Below, one piece after another: positions 15,436 to 22,958 of a stretch of 40,015 bases of DNA. This DNA comes from Clostridia bacterium (lineage in GTDB: Bacteria > Bacillota > Clostridia > Christensenellales > UBA1242). The notes beneath the pieces were generated by a model. It searched no databases. It worked only from the letters and a program-made list of their open reading frames with translations, and was not told where the DNA came from. The stretch is taken from positions 1 through 40,015 of the forward strand of contig JAFQUU010000032.1 in the NCBI GenBank assembly GCA_017408305.1. Direction: 5' to 3'. The stretch's first letter is position 1, and each line of letters begins with the position of its first letter. Made by a program: the position numbers and the translations under genes.

Positions 15436-15615
15436 CTACCAGTCATTTCTGCGAGATTTGGCATCTTTAGCAATACCCTTGCCTTTTGCCATTCTTTCGT
15501 TTTCGTTAAACCAATCGTAGTCGTCCCTTAAAGGTGTGTTTCCCATAGTATATATTTTTTTTGTTTTGAAATCCAAACTGCCCGTAGGTCTTGTTCCAAT
15601 TTTGCAACCCGGCAT
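15436..15615 (-). CDS. Small basic protein, 59 aa, 'KIGRRP' family copy 4 (short form; absent from the ORF track)
   Basis: Hand translation: MPGCKIGTRPTGSLDFKTKKIYTMGNTPLRDDYDWFNENERMAKGKGIAKDAKSRRNDW*. SD AAGGAGGAAGG. Promoter TTGACT (15659-15664), 17 nt, TATAAT (15636-15641), minus strand. Confidence 0.65.
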   Translation of the reverse strand: MPGCKIGTRPTGSLDFKTKKIYTMGNTPLRDDYDWFNENERMAKGKGIAKDAKSRRNDW

Positions 15616-15745
15616 ATTCCTTCCTCCTTATATCAATTATACTCATGATAATTTATATAGTCAATCGAAATCTCAAAAAACACTGGTTTTATTGACTTTG
15701 GGACTTTTATTTGTTATTCATTTAATAATGAAGGAGCAGAAGGTT

Positions 15746-16123
15746 ATGTTTACTTTTTTGGTTGATTTAACATTAAGGTTTCCTGAAGATGTAAACCTTG
15801 ATGAGATTGAAAGAATTTTGGGCATGAAAGCAACAAGTAAGAAAACAAAAAAAGAATCAAAAAGCAAAAACAAATTTGCACGCATAAGTTTTTACACATC
15901 ACGCAAAAGAAGCACTAATCCCTCACAAGTGCTTGAAGACTTTTTGCTTAAAATTCACGAGAATATAAAAAAAGTTCCAGAAATCCTAAAAAAATATAAT
16001 GGAAGGGCATATCTTTGCCTAATCATGAATTTCTCTGAGTATGTGCCTACAGTTTTTCTATCTCAAACAGTTATTGATATTCTTTCAGAGTGCAAAATAG
16101 AATTTGACCTGGACTTTATGTAA
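15746..16123 (+). CDS. Hypothetical protein, 125 aa, resembles the DUF4279 pattern
   Basis: ATG 15746 after AAGGAG (ATG 15728 is also possible). Layout 'F.F...L.F.ED..LDEIERILGMKAT...' and ending '..IEFDLDFM' recalls DUF4279, from memory only. Track start 15536 overlaps copy 4 on the opposite strand. Confidence 0.45.
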   Translation: MFTFLVDLTLRFPEDVNLDEIERILGMKATSKKTKKESKSKNKFARISFYTSRKRSTNPSQVLEDFLLKIHENIKKVPEILKKYNGRAYLCLIMNFSEYVPTVFLSQTVIDILSECKIEFDLDFM

Positions 16124-16145
16124 AAGCCAATAACTGTTTAACGCA

Positions 16146-16179
16146 AAAATCGCTATTCCACTATGGGAATAGCGATTTT
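16146..16179. terminator. Hairpin repeat B1 (bidirectional terminator)
   Basis: 14-bp stem aaaatcgctattcc/ggaatagcgatttt with a 6-nt loop. Part of the 38-nt perfect repeat 16139-16176. Confidence 0.8.
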
Positions 16180-16180
16180 A

Positions 16181-17326
16181 TTATTTTTCTTGTTCAAAAT
16201 TTTGCCTTTGGTTGTCAGTTAATGATTTCCGCAAAACAGACTTCTTAAGTTGTTTAAGTTTAGTAAATTTAAACATATTAGATTGTTTTTCTTGTTTTTC
16301 CTCAAAGTCTTTAATTTTTTTATCAAGTTCGGGAATTGAGTGGTTGCAAAGTGCCAACAATTTTTGAAGTTTTTTGTTTTGTATGTAACATTCTTGTTCC
16401 CAATGATTTTTCAATATACATTTTGGAAATTTTTTAGGGTTATATTTTTCTTCATGAACATTGTAATGATATACTTTAACATTTTCTATAATTTGCTGAG
16501 GGATAGGGCATCCTAATTCAATAAGCTCAGCAATTGTGGAGCTTGCAAGCAAATAACAATATTCGTAATGGAAAGCATATGAATCTTTTAATTTTTGTTT
16601 ATTGCAAAAATAAGAATACAGTGTAATCTCATTGTCAAGATACCTTGGATAAGGAAGTCCATTCCTTGTAAACCAACTGATTGTGTCTAAATTAATTCCT
16701 ATAATCTTCAACGCCTTTTCTTCAAATGTATGTATTACTGGCATCTTGATTCCTACGGTTTTCGCCAGCATAACTTCTTCGGTTGTATAATAAGAATTTT
16801 CTTTTGCCTTTACCTTTCTTTGTTTGTTTCTTGCTAAAAGAAATTTTGTTATGTCTTTAGAAATTAGTTCTGCATCTTTTTTCCAACCATATTTCCTATA
16901 AGACCTTAAAATACTTACGTTGTGATAATATCGACATTCACAGTAATTTTCTCTAATGCTTTTTTCTTGTTCGGTTTGTTTAACTTTAGGTCCATATGCA
17001 TTTCTAAAAAGTTGCAATTGTTGATATGGCGAAAATTGTTCTTTAACAAAAGCTGGAATGCTGTTTATACTTTCCACAAAACCACTTTTTGCTGGTTCTC
17101 CGTATAAAGTTATGATTTGTTGATAATGCCTCATTCCAGAATCTTCATCATAAAAACTTACTGTTACGCCACCGTATTGGTCCTTATAATAAACAGTATC
17201 CAACTTATCAAATGGCTGAAAGCCTCTTCTTACGATTTTATCGCCTGTTGCAAGTTCTAGATAGTAAATGGTGGTATCATCTTTTTCGTTTGGGTCTTTT
17301 TCCCTGATTTCTTCAAAGTAATGCAT
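16181..17326 (-). CDS. Hypothetical protein, 381 aa, no recognised domain; K/Q/E-rich C-terminal tail
   Basis: GGAGA SD. Promoter TTGACA (17377-17382), 17 nt, TATACT (17354-17359), minus strand. The gene plus its promoter are bracketed by the B1/B2 repeats. Confidence 0.65.
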   Translation of the reverse strand: MHYFEEIREKDPNEKDDTTIYYLELATGDKIVRRGFQPFDKLDTVYYKDQYGGVTVSFYDEDSGMRHYQQIITLYGEPAKSGFVESINSIPAFVKEQFSPYQQLQLFRNAYGPKVKQTEQEKSIRENYCECRYYHNVSILRSYRKYGWKKDAELISKDITKFLLARNKQRKVKAKENSYYTTEEVMLAKTVGIKMPVIHTFEEKALKIIGINLDTISWFTRNGLPYPRYLDNEITLYSYFCNKQKLKDSYAFHYEYCYLLASSTIAELIELGCPIPQQIIENVKVYHYNVHEEKYNPKKFPKCILKNHWEQECYIQNKKLQKLLALCNHSIPELDKKIKDFEEKQEKQSNMFKFTKLKQLKKSVLRKSLTDNQRQNFEQEK

Positions 17327-17385
17327 TTTTTATTCTCCGTAAATTGTGATAAAAGTATAAATCAAATTTAAAAATTTGTCAATAG

Positions 17386-17423
17386 TAACGCAAAAATCGC
17401 TATTCCACTATGGGAATAGCGAT
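17386..17423 (-). terminator. Hairpin repeat B2 (terminator in the minus direction only)
   Basis: 38 nt identical to 16139-16176. On the minus strand the stem is followed by TTTTTG; on the plus strand it is followed by atatgatg, with no T-run. Confidence 0.7.
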
Positions 17424-17431
17424 ATGATGCT

Positions 17432-17538
17432 ATTGTAGGGTCGTGATGGCTGAAACCACTTAACTAGTGGGTGCCTTCTCCTTATCAAAGGAGGGTTGTT
17501 CCACAAGGCTTTGATAGCCTTGGGATGTGCCCTACAGT
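17432..17538. ncRNA. Unclassified 107-nt cloverleaf-like structured element (strand uncertain)
   Basis: Closing stem 17432-17440/17530-17538 (9 bp). Three internal hairpins: 17448-17475 (ggc..ccact-taact-agtgg..gcc), 17476-17495 (ttctcc-ttatcaaa-ggaggg) and 17501-17524 (cc-a-caaggct-ttgat-agccttg-gg). No convincing ORF. Confidence 0.35.
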
Positions 17539-17589
17539 TATATATTGTGCAGGAATTTTTGTTTTATGCAAACTTTTTAAAAAAATTTT

Positions 17590-18540
17590 TTATCTTTCCC
17601 TTTTGCCATTTTTTACATCTTCGATTATTTCATCTAAAGATTGAAATTCTCTGCGAATTCTGTCTTTCGCTAATTTAAATTTAAGTTTTAATTTTGAGTA
17701 TTTAAGGTTTGATTTTCTTTGGAACTTTTTTATAGTTTCAAGGTTTGAACAACTGATAATTTGGTTTGTTAGGTCTTTGTATTTGAAAAACAATTCTTTT
17801 TGTGCTCTGGTTGGCATATAATACAGTTTTTGATTTTTAGTACAATCACGTCGTGGTTGGCCAGGGTCTTTTTGGAAGCCAAGTTCTGTTATAGCCTTAT
17901 TAATTGAGTTGGTTTGAAGGCCCATAAGTTTTAGGTCAATTGCCATTTTGCAAAGAATTTTTGCATCAAAATGATACATCCCTTCAAGAGGAGTGTATTC
18001 GTAAGATGGTTTTATTAGTTCTTGGGCACCTATAATGGTTTTTGAGTTTACATAGTAAGGTTCAAAAGGCAAAACCTTGTGAGTTGTTCTTGCAAAAAGG
18101 GTTTGGGTGTACTTTTCTGTAAATAATTGCAAATCTTGTTTTGTAAAAATGTTTTTCTCAGTTTCGCAATTTTTTGTCATAAATTTCCATGCTAAAAGTA
18201 AAGTGTCTTCGTGAGGTTTAACAAATGAAGACTGAAGATAAAGTGAACTTGTTGAAATATAACAAAGTGTTGTTTCATCGCAAAATTTTTGCATATACAA
18301 ATCCAAAAAGTGTGAAAACAAATTATTTTGTTTTGAGTTTTCCATGAGTGGAATAATCTGCTTTGGGTTATAAGAATCTATATAATCACTTTTATCAATA
18401 TTTTTTATATTGGTTTCTGGTGGCAGGTTTTGAATTTTTTGAAGTTTCTTGTAAAGTTGCTTGGCTGAAATAAGCCCGTCATGATAATCTTCAAGGCCTT
18501 GTTCAAAATCTTCATATAATTCACGAGGTATTTTTTGCAT
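17590..18540 (-). CDS. Hypothetical protein, 316 aa, paralogue of the next gene
   Basis: ATG 18540 ('MQKIPREL') lies 6 nt after AAGGAG. Track start 18567 has no SD. Shares '..FTKxDLQxFxxKYxxTLFARTTH...GMYxxD..IL...PG.P.....QKL.YMPT..QKELF.KY..LT' with 18611..19405. Confidence 0.65.
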   Translation of the reverse strand: MQKIPRELYEDFEQGLEDYHDGLISAKQLYKKLQKIQNLPPETNIKNIDKSDYIDSYNPKQIIPLMENSKQNNLFSHFLDLYMQKFCDETTLCYISTSSLYLQSSFVKPHEDTLLLAWKFMTKNCETEKNIFTKQDLQLFTEKYTQTLFARTTHKVLPFEPYYVNSKTIIGAQELIKPSYEYTPLEGMYHFDAKILCKMAIDLKLMGLQTNSINKAITELGFQKDPGQPRRDCTKNQKLYYMPTRAQKELFFKYKDLTNQIISCSNLETIKKFQRKSNLKYSKLKLKFKLAKDRIRREFQSLDEIIEDVKNGKRER

Positions 18541-18610
18541 TTGTTTCTCCTTAGGCTCAAATAACATATGCTTCGGTTTTTGTCAAGCAAATAAACTTTT
18601 TTAAAAATTT

Positions 18611-19405
18611 TTAAAGATTTTTTTCTTGTTCTTTTTCAAGAAATTTTTGCTTGTATCTTTCCATATATTCTTTTTCTTTTTTCCTTCTTTGATAAGCCTT
18701 TTCTATTCCTTCGGCTAAGGTTGGAAATGGGCAATACTTTTGTGCAAAACGCTGTAGTTTATGTTTGCGTCTTGTTAATTTTGCGTGTTCTTTTTTTCTC
18801 AACATACTAACTGTTTCTGGCGTAGGGAAAGCGATAATGTGCTTGGTAAGTTCACGGTATTTAAGAAACAATTCTTTTTGCTGATAGGTTGGCATGTATT
18901 GAAGTTTTTGAGGTCTTGTAAAATCAAATTTTGGCTCGCCTGGGTCAACTTGAAAACAAAGGTTATTAATTGCTTTTTCTATGCTTTGTAGTTTTAAACC
19001 ATGATTTGCTAGTTCAGAGGCCATATAAAACAAAATTCTTACATCATGATAATACATACCACTAAGGGCTTCGTAAAACCAAAAGGGTTGAACCAGTTCT
19101 TTTCCGCCTACAATTGTGTCAGATTTAACCCAATAAGGTTCTTCCGTATATAAAGGATGAGTTGTCCTTGCAAAAAGTGTTTCAACATATTTATCTACAA
19201 AATATTGCAGGTCTCTTTTAGTAAAATAGTTTCCATTTTTTTCACAATTAAATGCCCAGAAACGCCACTTAGAAAGCAGGGCTTCTTCATAAGGTGCAAC
19301 AAAAGACCTTCTAACTTTCAAGCCACCATTATCGTGCTTTGTTGTGGTATCGTGGCAAAATTCTTCTAAATATTTGTCAAGTTCAGAGTGTGTTTCTTTC
19401 ATCAC
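18611..19405 (-). CDS. Hypothetical protein, ~264 aa, paralogue of the previous gene
   Basis: Start uncertain: GTG 19405 (9 nt after AAAGGA) or ATG 19402. The track start (TTG 19456) is the first three bases of a TTGACA -35 box. Confidence 0.6.
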   Translation of the reverse strand: MMKETHSELDKYLEEFCHDTTTKHDNGGLKVRRSFVAPYEEALLSKWRFWAFNCEKNGNYFTKRDLQYFVDKYVETLFARTTHPLYTEEPYWVKSDTIVGGKELVQPFWFYEALSGMYYHDVRILFYMASELANHGLKLQSIEKAINNLCFQVDPGEPKFDFTRPQKLQYMPTYQQKELFLKYRELTKHIIAFPTPETVSMLRKKEHAKLTRRKHKLQRFAQKYCPFPTLAEGIEKAYQRRKKEKEYMERYKQKFLEKEQEKNL

Positions 19406-19427
19406 TGTCAAATGTCCTTTAACATTT

Positions 19428-19456
19428 TGTATATCAAGAATATATTTTTTTGTCAA
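19428..19456 (-). promoter_or_regulatory. Promoter of the 264/316-aa paralogue pair
   Basis: Minus strand TTGACA (19451-19456), 17 nt, TATACA (19428-19433). Confidence 0.55.
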
Positions 19457-19495
19457 TCAAATAAAAAACTTTCAAAAAAATTTTAAAAAAGGTGT

Positions 19496-19523
19496 TTGCA
19501 AATACAAAGTTTTGTGCTATAAT
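19496..19523 (+). promoter_or_regulatory. typA promoter
   Basis: TTGCAA (19496-19501), 16 nt, TGcTATAAT (-10 at 19518-19523). Confidence 0.6.
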
Positions 19524-19589
19524 AGCAAAGTTTTTTAAAAAAGGGGTAACTTTAAGCCCTTTGACTATGTACGATAGGAGAAGTTTTTT

Positions 19590-21416
19590 ATGCAAAACGA
19601 AAAAATAAGAAATATCGCTATTATCGCTCACGTTGACCATGGCAAAACCAGCCTTGTAAACGAACTTTTAAAGCAAGGTGGAATATTTAGGGCAAACCAA
19701 GAGGTTGGCGATAGGGTGATGGATAGTAATGATTTGGAAAGAGAAAGAGGCATTACAATCCTCAGCAAAAACGCATCATTTTTTTATAAGGACATAAAAA
19801 TCAATGTTGTTGACACCCCTGGGCATGCTGACTTTGGTGGCGAAGTTGAAAGGGTGCTTAAGATGGTTGATGGGGTGCTACTCGTGGTTGATGCCTATGA
19901 AGGCCCAATGCCACAAACACGCTTTGTGCTTGAAAAAGCACTTGAACTTAACCACAAAATCATTATTGTAATCAACAAGATTGACAGAAAAGATGCACGC
20001 ATTCGTGAAGTTTGCGATGAGGTTTTAAATCTGCTTCTAGACCTTGATGCCAACGAAGAACAACTTTACAGCCCAATTGTTTACGCATCTGCAAGGTTTG
20101 GTACAGCAACGCTTAATCCTGATGTTGTTGCTGAAAGTATGGAGCCACTTTTTGAAACAATCGTAAACCACATACCAGCCCCAACCGGTGATGAAGATGC
20201 ACCATTTTGTATGCTTGTAAGTGCGACAGAGCAGAATGACTTTTTGGGCAAACTTGCTGTTGGCAAAATCACACAAGGCAAACTCCACACAGGTGATAAC
20301 CTTGCCGTTACAAACTATTTTGATGAAAGCAAAAACGGCAGTTTTAAGGTGCAAAATATGTTTGAGTTTGCTGGCATGAAAAAAGAGCAAACTGAGGAAG
20401 CCAACGTTGGCGACATTGTTTGTATTGCAGGTGCTGATGATATCACAGTTGGCGATACTCTTAGCGATAAAACAGCAATTCAAACCCTTCCGTTTGTGAA
20501 AATCAGCGAACCAAGCGTTGAAATGACATTTATGGTAAACAACAGTCCGTTTGCCGGCAAAGAAGGCAAGTTCTGCACAAGTAGGCACTTAAGAGACAGG
20601 CTTTATAAGGAAGCAGTGAAAGACCTTTCGCTTAAAGTGTTTGACACAGAAAGCGCAGACAGCTTTAGGGTGCTTGGCAGGGGAGAAATGCACCTTTCAA
20701 TCCTTATGGAGAACCTCCGTCGTGAAGGTTATGAGTTTCAAGTTAGTATGCCAAAAGTGCTTTTTAAAGAAGAAAATGGCGTAAAGATGGAACCTGTTGA
20801 AAGGCTTGTTGTTGATGTGCCAAGCGATAAGGTTGGAAATGTAATTAGCGCTCTTGGCACAAGAAAAGCAGATATGCAAGATATGAGTGTTAAGGGAAAC
20901 CGTACAAAACTTGAGTTTTTGATTCCTGCACGTGGGCTTTTTGGCTACAAAAACCAATTTTTGACAGACACCAATGGCGAAGGCATTATGAGCAGTGTTT
21001 TTGCAGAGTATCAAGAATATAAAGGCGAAATCAATAAACGTAACTTTGGTGCGCTTATTGCTTACGAACAAGGTGATGCGGTGCAATATGGCCTTTTCTA
21101 TGCACAAGAGCATGGCAGACTTTTCATTACACCAGGCGAAAAAGTGTATGGAGGCCTTGTGGTTGGCATAACACCAAAATCAAACGATATTGTTGTTAAT
21201 GTTTGCAAAACAAAGCACCTTTCAAATACAAGAAGCTCTTCAAGTGATGATGCACTTAGGCTTGAACCTGTTCAAAAACCATCGCTTGAACAGTATATTG
21301 ACCTTCTTGATGAAGATGAATATCTCGAAATCACTCCAAAAACAATTCGTATGCGTAAAATCATTCTTGACCATACTATTCGTGGTCGCCAAGACTTTAA
21401 AAAGAAGAATAATTAA
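19590..21416 (+). CDS. typA: Translational GTPase TypA/BipA
   Basis: '[18 protein letters not shown]', '[14 protein letters not shown]', 'NKIDR'. 608 aa with a typical BipA C-terminus. Confidence 0.95.
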   Translation: MQNEKIRNIAIIAHVDHGKTSLVNELLKQGGIFRANQEVGDRVMDSNDLERERGITILSKNASFFYKDIKINVVDTPGHADFGGEVERVLKMVDGVLLVVDAYEGPMPQTRFVLEKALELNHKIIIVINKIDRKDARIREVCDEVLNLLLDLDANEEQLYSPIVYASARFGTATLNPDVVAESMEPLFETIVNHIPAPTGDEDAPFCMLVSATEQNDFLGKLAVGKITQGKLHTGDNLAVTNYFDESKNGSFKVQNMFEFAGMKKEQTEEANVGDIVCIAGADDITVGDTLSDKTAIQTLPFVKISEPSVEMTFMVNNSPFAGKEGKFCTSRHLRDRLYKEAVKDLSLKVFDTESADSFRVLGRGEMHLSILMENLRREGYEFQVSMPKVLFKEENGVKMEPVERLVVDVPSDKVGNVISALGTRKADMQDMSVKGNRTKLEFLIPARGLFGYKNQFLTDTNGEGIMSSVFAEYQEYKGEINKRNFGALIAYEQGDAVQYGLFYAQEHGRLFITPGEKVYGGLVVGITPKSNDIVVNVCKTKHLSNTRSSSSDDALRLEPVQKPSLEQYIDLLDEDEYLEITPKTIRMRKIILDHTIRGRQDFKKKNN

Positions 21417-21436
21417 GAAAATTTATATGATTTTTC

Positions 21437-21465
21437 AAAAAAGCCTTGCCAAAAGGCTTTTTTTA
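21437..21465 (+). terminator. typA terminator
   Basis: aaagcctt/aaggcttt stem followed by a T-run. Confidence 0.75.
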
Positions 21466-21494
21466 TGTTAGTATAAAGACACTTGTAAGTTTAG

Positions 21495-21525
21495 GAGTGG
21501 ACCACAAAGGTCCACTCTTATTCTT
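21495..21525 (+). promoter_or_regulatory. Leader hairpin upstream of nusA (possible attenuator)
   Basis: 9-bp stem gagtggacc/ggtccactc (21495-21517) followed by ttattctt, about 25 nt before the nusA SD. Confidence 0.35.
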
Positions 21526-21546
21526 AAATAAGCAAAAGGGGTAAAT

Positions 21547-22680
21547 ATGATTAACAAGGATTTCTTTCAGGCACTTGATGAACTTGAAAGTGAGAAAAAG
21601 ATTAATAAAGAACAATTTATTGAAACACTAGAGGCAGCACTTACATCTGCATATAAAAGAATGTATGGCGAAGCCAAAAGTGCACTTGTAAAACTTAATC
21701 CAGAAAAAAACACCATCAAAATATACAGTTACAAAACCGTTGTTGAAGAGGTTGAAGATTTTGACAAACAAATTTCTTTAGAAGATGCAAAAAAAATCAA
21801 ATCGTCATACAAACTTGGCGATACAATTCTTCAAGAAGAAAGCACAAAGGCATTTGGCAGAATTGCTGCACAAACTGCAGGTCAGGTTGTTATGCAACGC
21901 CTTAAGGAACTTGAACGCCAAATTGCAACTAGCGAAATGAGTGAAAAAGAAGACGAACTGTTAACTGCCGTTATTAAGCGTATAGAGCAAGGCATTGTGT
22001 ATGTGCAAATTGCAGGTTCTCACACAGAAGGCGTTATGCTTGAAAAAGACCAACTTCCAAACGATAAATATGCTGTTGGGGACAGAATTAAAGTTTATGT
22101 AAAGAAAATTAAAGATGGGTATTCTGGTCCACAAATTCAGGTTTCAAGAAGCAATGCAAATTTTGTGAAAAAACTTTTTGAACTTGAAGTTCCTGAAGTG
22201 CAAAATGGTGAAGTAATCATTAAAAATGTTGCTAGGGACCCTGGCAATCGTTCAAAAGTTGCTGTTTATGCAGAAAAAGCAAATGTTGATGCTTTGGGTG
22301 CATGCGTAGGCCTTAGGGGACAAAGAATCAACTCTATTAGTGCAGAACTTAATGATGAAAAGATTGACCTTGTTGAATACACCGATGACATTTTGGAATA
22401 TATTGCTGCAGCACTTAGCCCTGCAAGCGTGCTTAGCGTTGAAACCAACGAAAGTTTAAGGGCCTCAAGGGTGGTTGTGCCAGACAATCAACTTTCACTT
22501 GCAATTGGCAGAGGTGGTCAAAATGTGCGTCTTGCATCAAGGCTTACTGGATGGAAGATTGACATAAAACCTGAAAGCGAGGCAATGAAATCACTTTCTA
22601 AAGAAGCAGAGGACAGATTGGAAGAACTTGCAAAACAAAACGAAATTACTGATTTTTCTGACTTTGAGGATATAGAATAA
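21547..22680 (+). CDS. nusA: Transcription termination/antitermination factor NusA
   Basis: S1 plus KH pattern, 'LSLAIGRGGQNVRLASRLTGWKIDI'. Confidence 0.95.
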   Translation: MINKDFFQALDELESEKKINKEQFIETLEAALTSAYKRMYGEAKSALVKLNPEKNTIKIYSYKTVVEEVEDFDKQISLEDAKKIKSSYKLGDTILQEESTKAFGRIAAQTAGQVVMQRLKELERQIATSEMSEKEDELLTAVIKRIEQGIVYVQIAGSHTEGVMLEKDQLPNDKYAVGDRIKVYVKKIKDGYSGPQIQVSRSNANFVKKLFELEVPEVQNGEVIIKNVARDPGNRSKVAVYAEKANVDALGACVGLRGQRINSISAELNDEKIDLVEYTDDILEYIAAALSPASVLSVETNESLRASRVVVPDNQLSLAIGRGGQNVRLASRLTGWKIDIKPESEAMKSLSKEAEDRLEELAKQNEITDFSDFEDIE

Positions 22681-22700
22681 TAGGGTAATAAAGGTGGCTA

Positions 22701-22955
22701 ATGGAGAAAAAAATACCAATCAGGATGTGTAGCGTATGCAGAAATCATTTTGAAAAACCATATCTAATCCGTATTGTAAAAAACAAAAGTGGACAAATTT
22801 TTGTTGATAAAACTTTTAAGGCTGAGGGTAGGGGGGCGTATGTATGCAAAAGTGATGCCTGCCTTCAAAAACTTGAAAAAACAAAAGCACTAAACAGGGC
22901 ATTTAAATGTGATGTTCCAACTCATATTTACAGCGAAATAAAAGGAGAATTTTAA
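22701..22955 (+). CDS. ylxR: YlxR/DUF448 RNA-binding protein
   Basis: 'RMCSVCRNHFEKPYLIRIV' and 'GRGAYVC'. Located between nusA and infB. Confidence 0.9.
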   Translation: MEKKIPIRMCSVCRNHFEKPYLIRIVKNKSGQIFVDKTFKAEGRGAYVCKSDACLQKLEKTKALNRAFKCDVPTHIYSEIKGEF

Positions 22956-22958
22956 TAC

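Noticed and set aside
15536-15745. Upstream 64-70 codons of track ORF 15536..16123
   Set aside because: They overlap KIGRRP copy 4 and its promoter on the opposite strand. The first SD-preceded ATGs are at 15728 and 15746.
14372-17424. Possibility that the five hairpin repeats are a CRISPR array
   Set aside because: Spacing is irregular (about 400 to 1250 bp), the intervals contain complete genes with promoters, the repeats are of two sequence types, and no cas genes are present.
17432-17538. The structured element as a tRNA, T-box, hammerhead ribozyme or small coding gene
   Set aside because: There is no T-loop or D-loop consensus, and at 107 nt it is too long for a tRNA. 'AGTGGGTGCC' only loosely resembles the T-box core, and no aaRS gene lies downstream. 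The junction strands (tcgtgat, ttgtt, atgtg) do not match CUGAUGA...GAAA. Plus-strand ORF 17496..17678 has its SD-like AAAGGAGGG abutting the TTG with zero spacing and runs antisense into the 316-aa gene.
19406-19456. TTG start at 19456 for the 281-aa track ORF
   Set aside because: That TTG is the first half of a TTGACA -35 box (17-nt spacer to TATACA). Translation must start downstream of the TSS, at GTG 19405 or ATG 19402.
11300-19560. Integrative element inserted at the tRNA (att repeats, integrase)
   Set aside because: I found no duplicate of the tRNA 3' end at either border, and no recombinase, transposase or phage structural gene. The island label therefore rests only on gene content and synteny.
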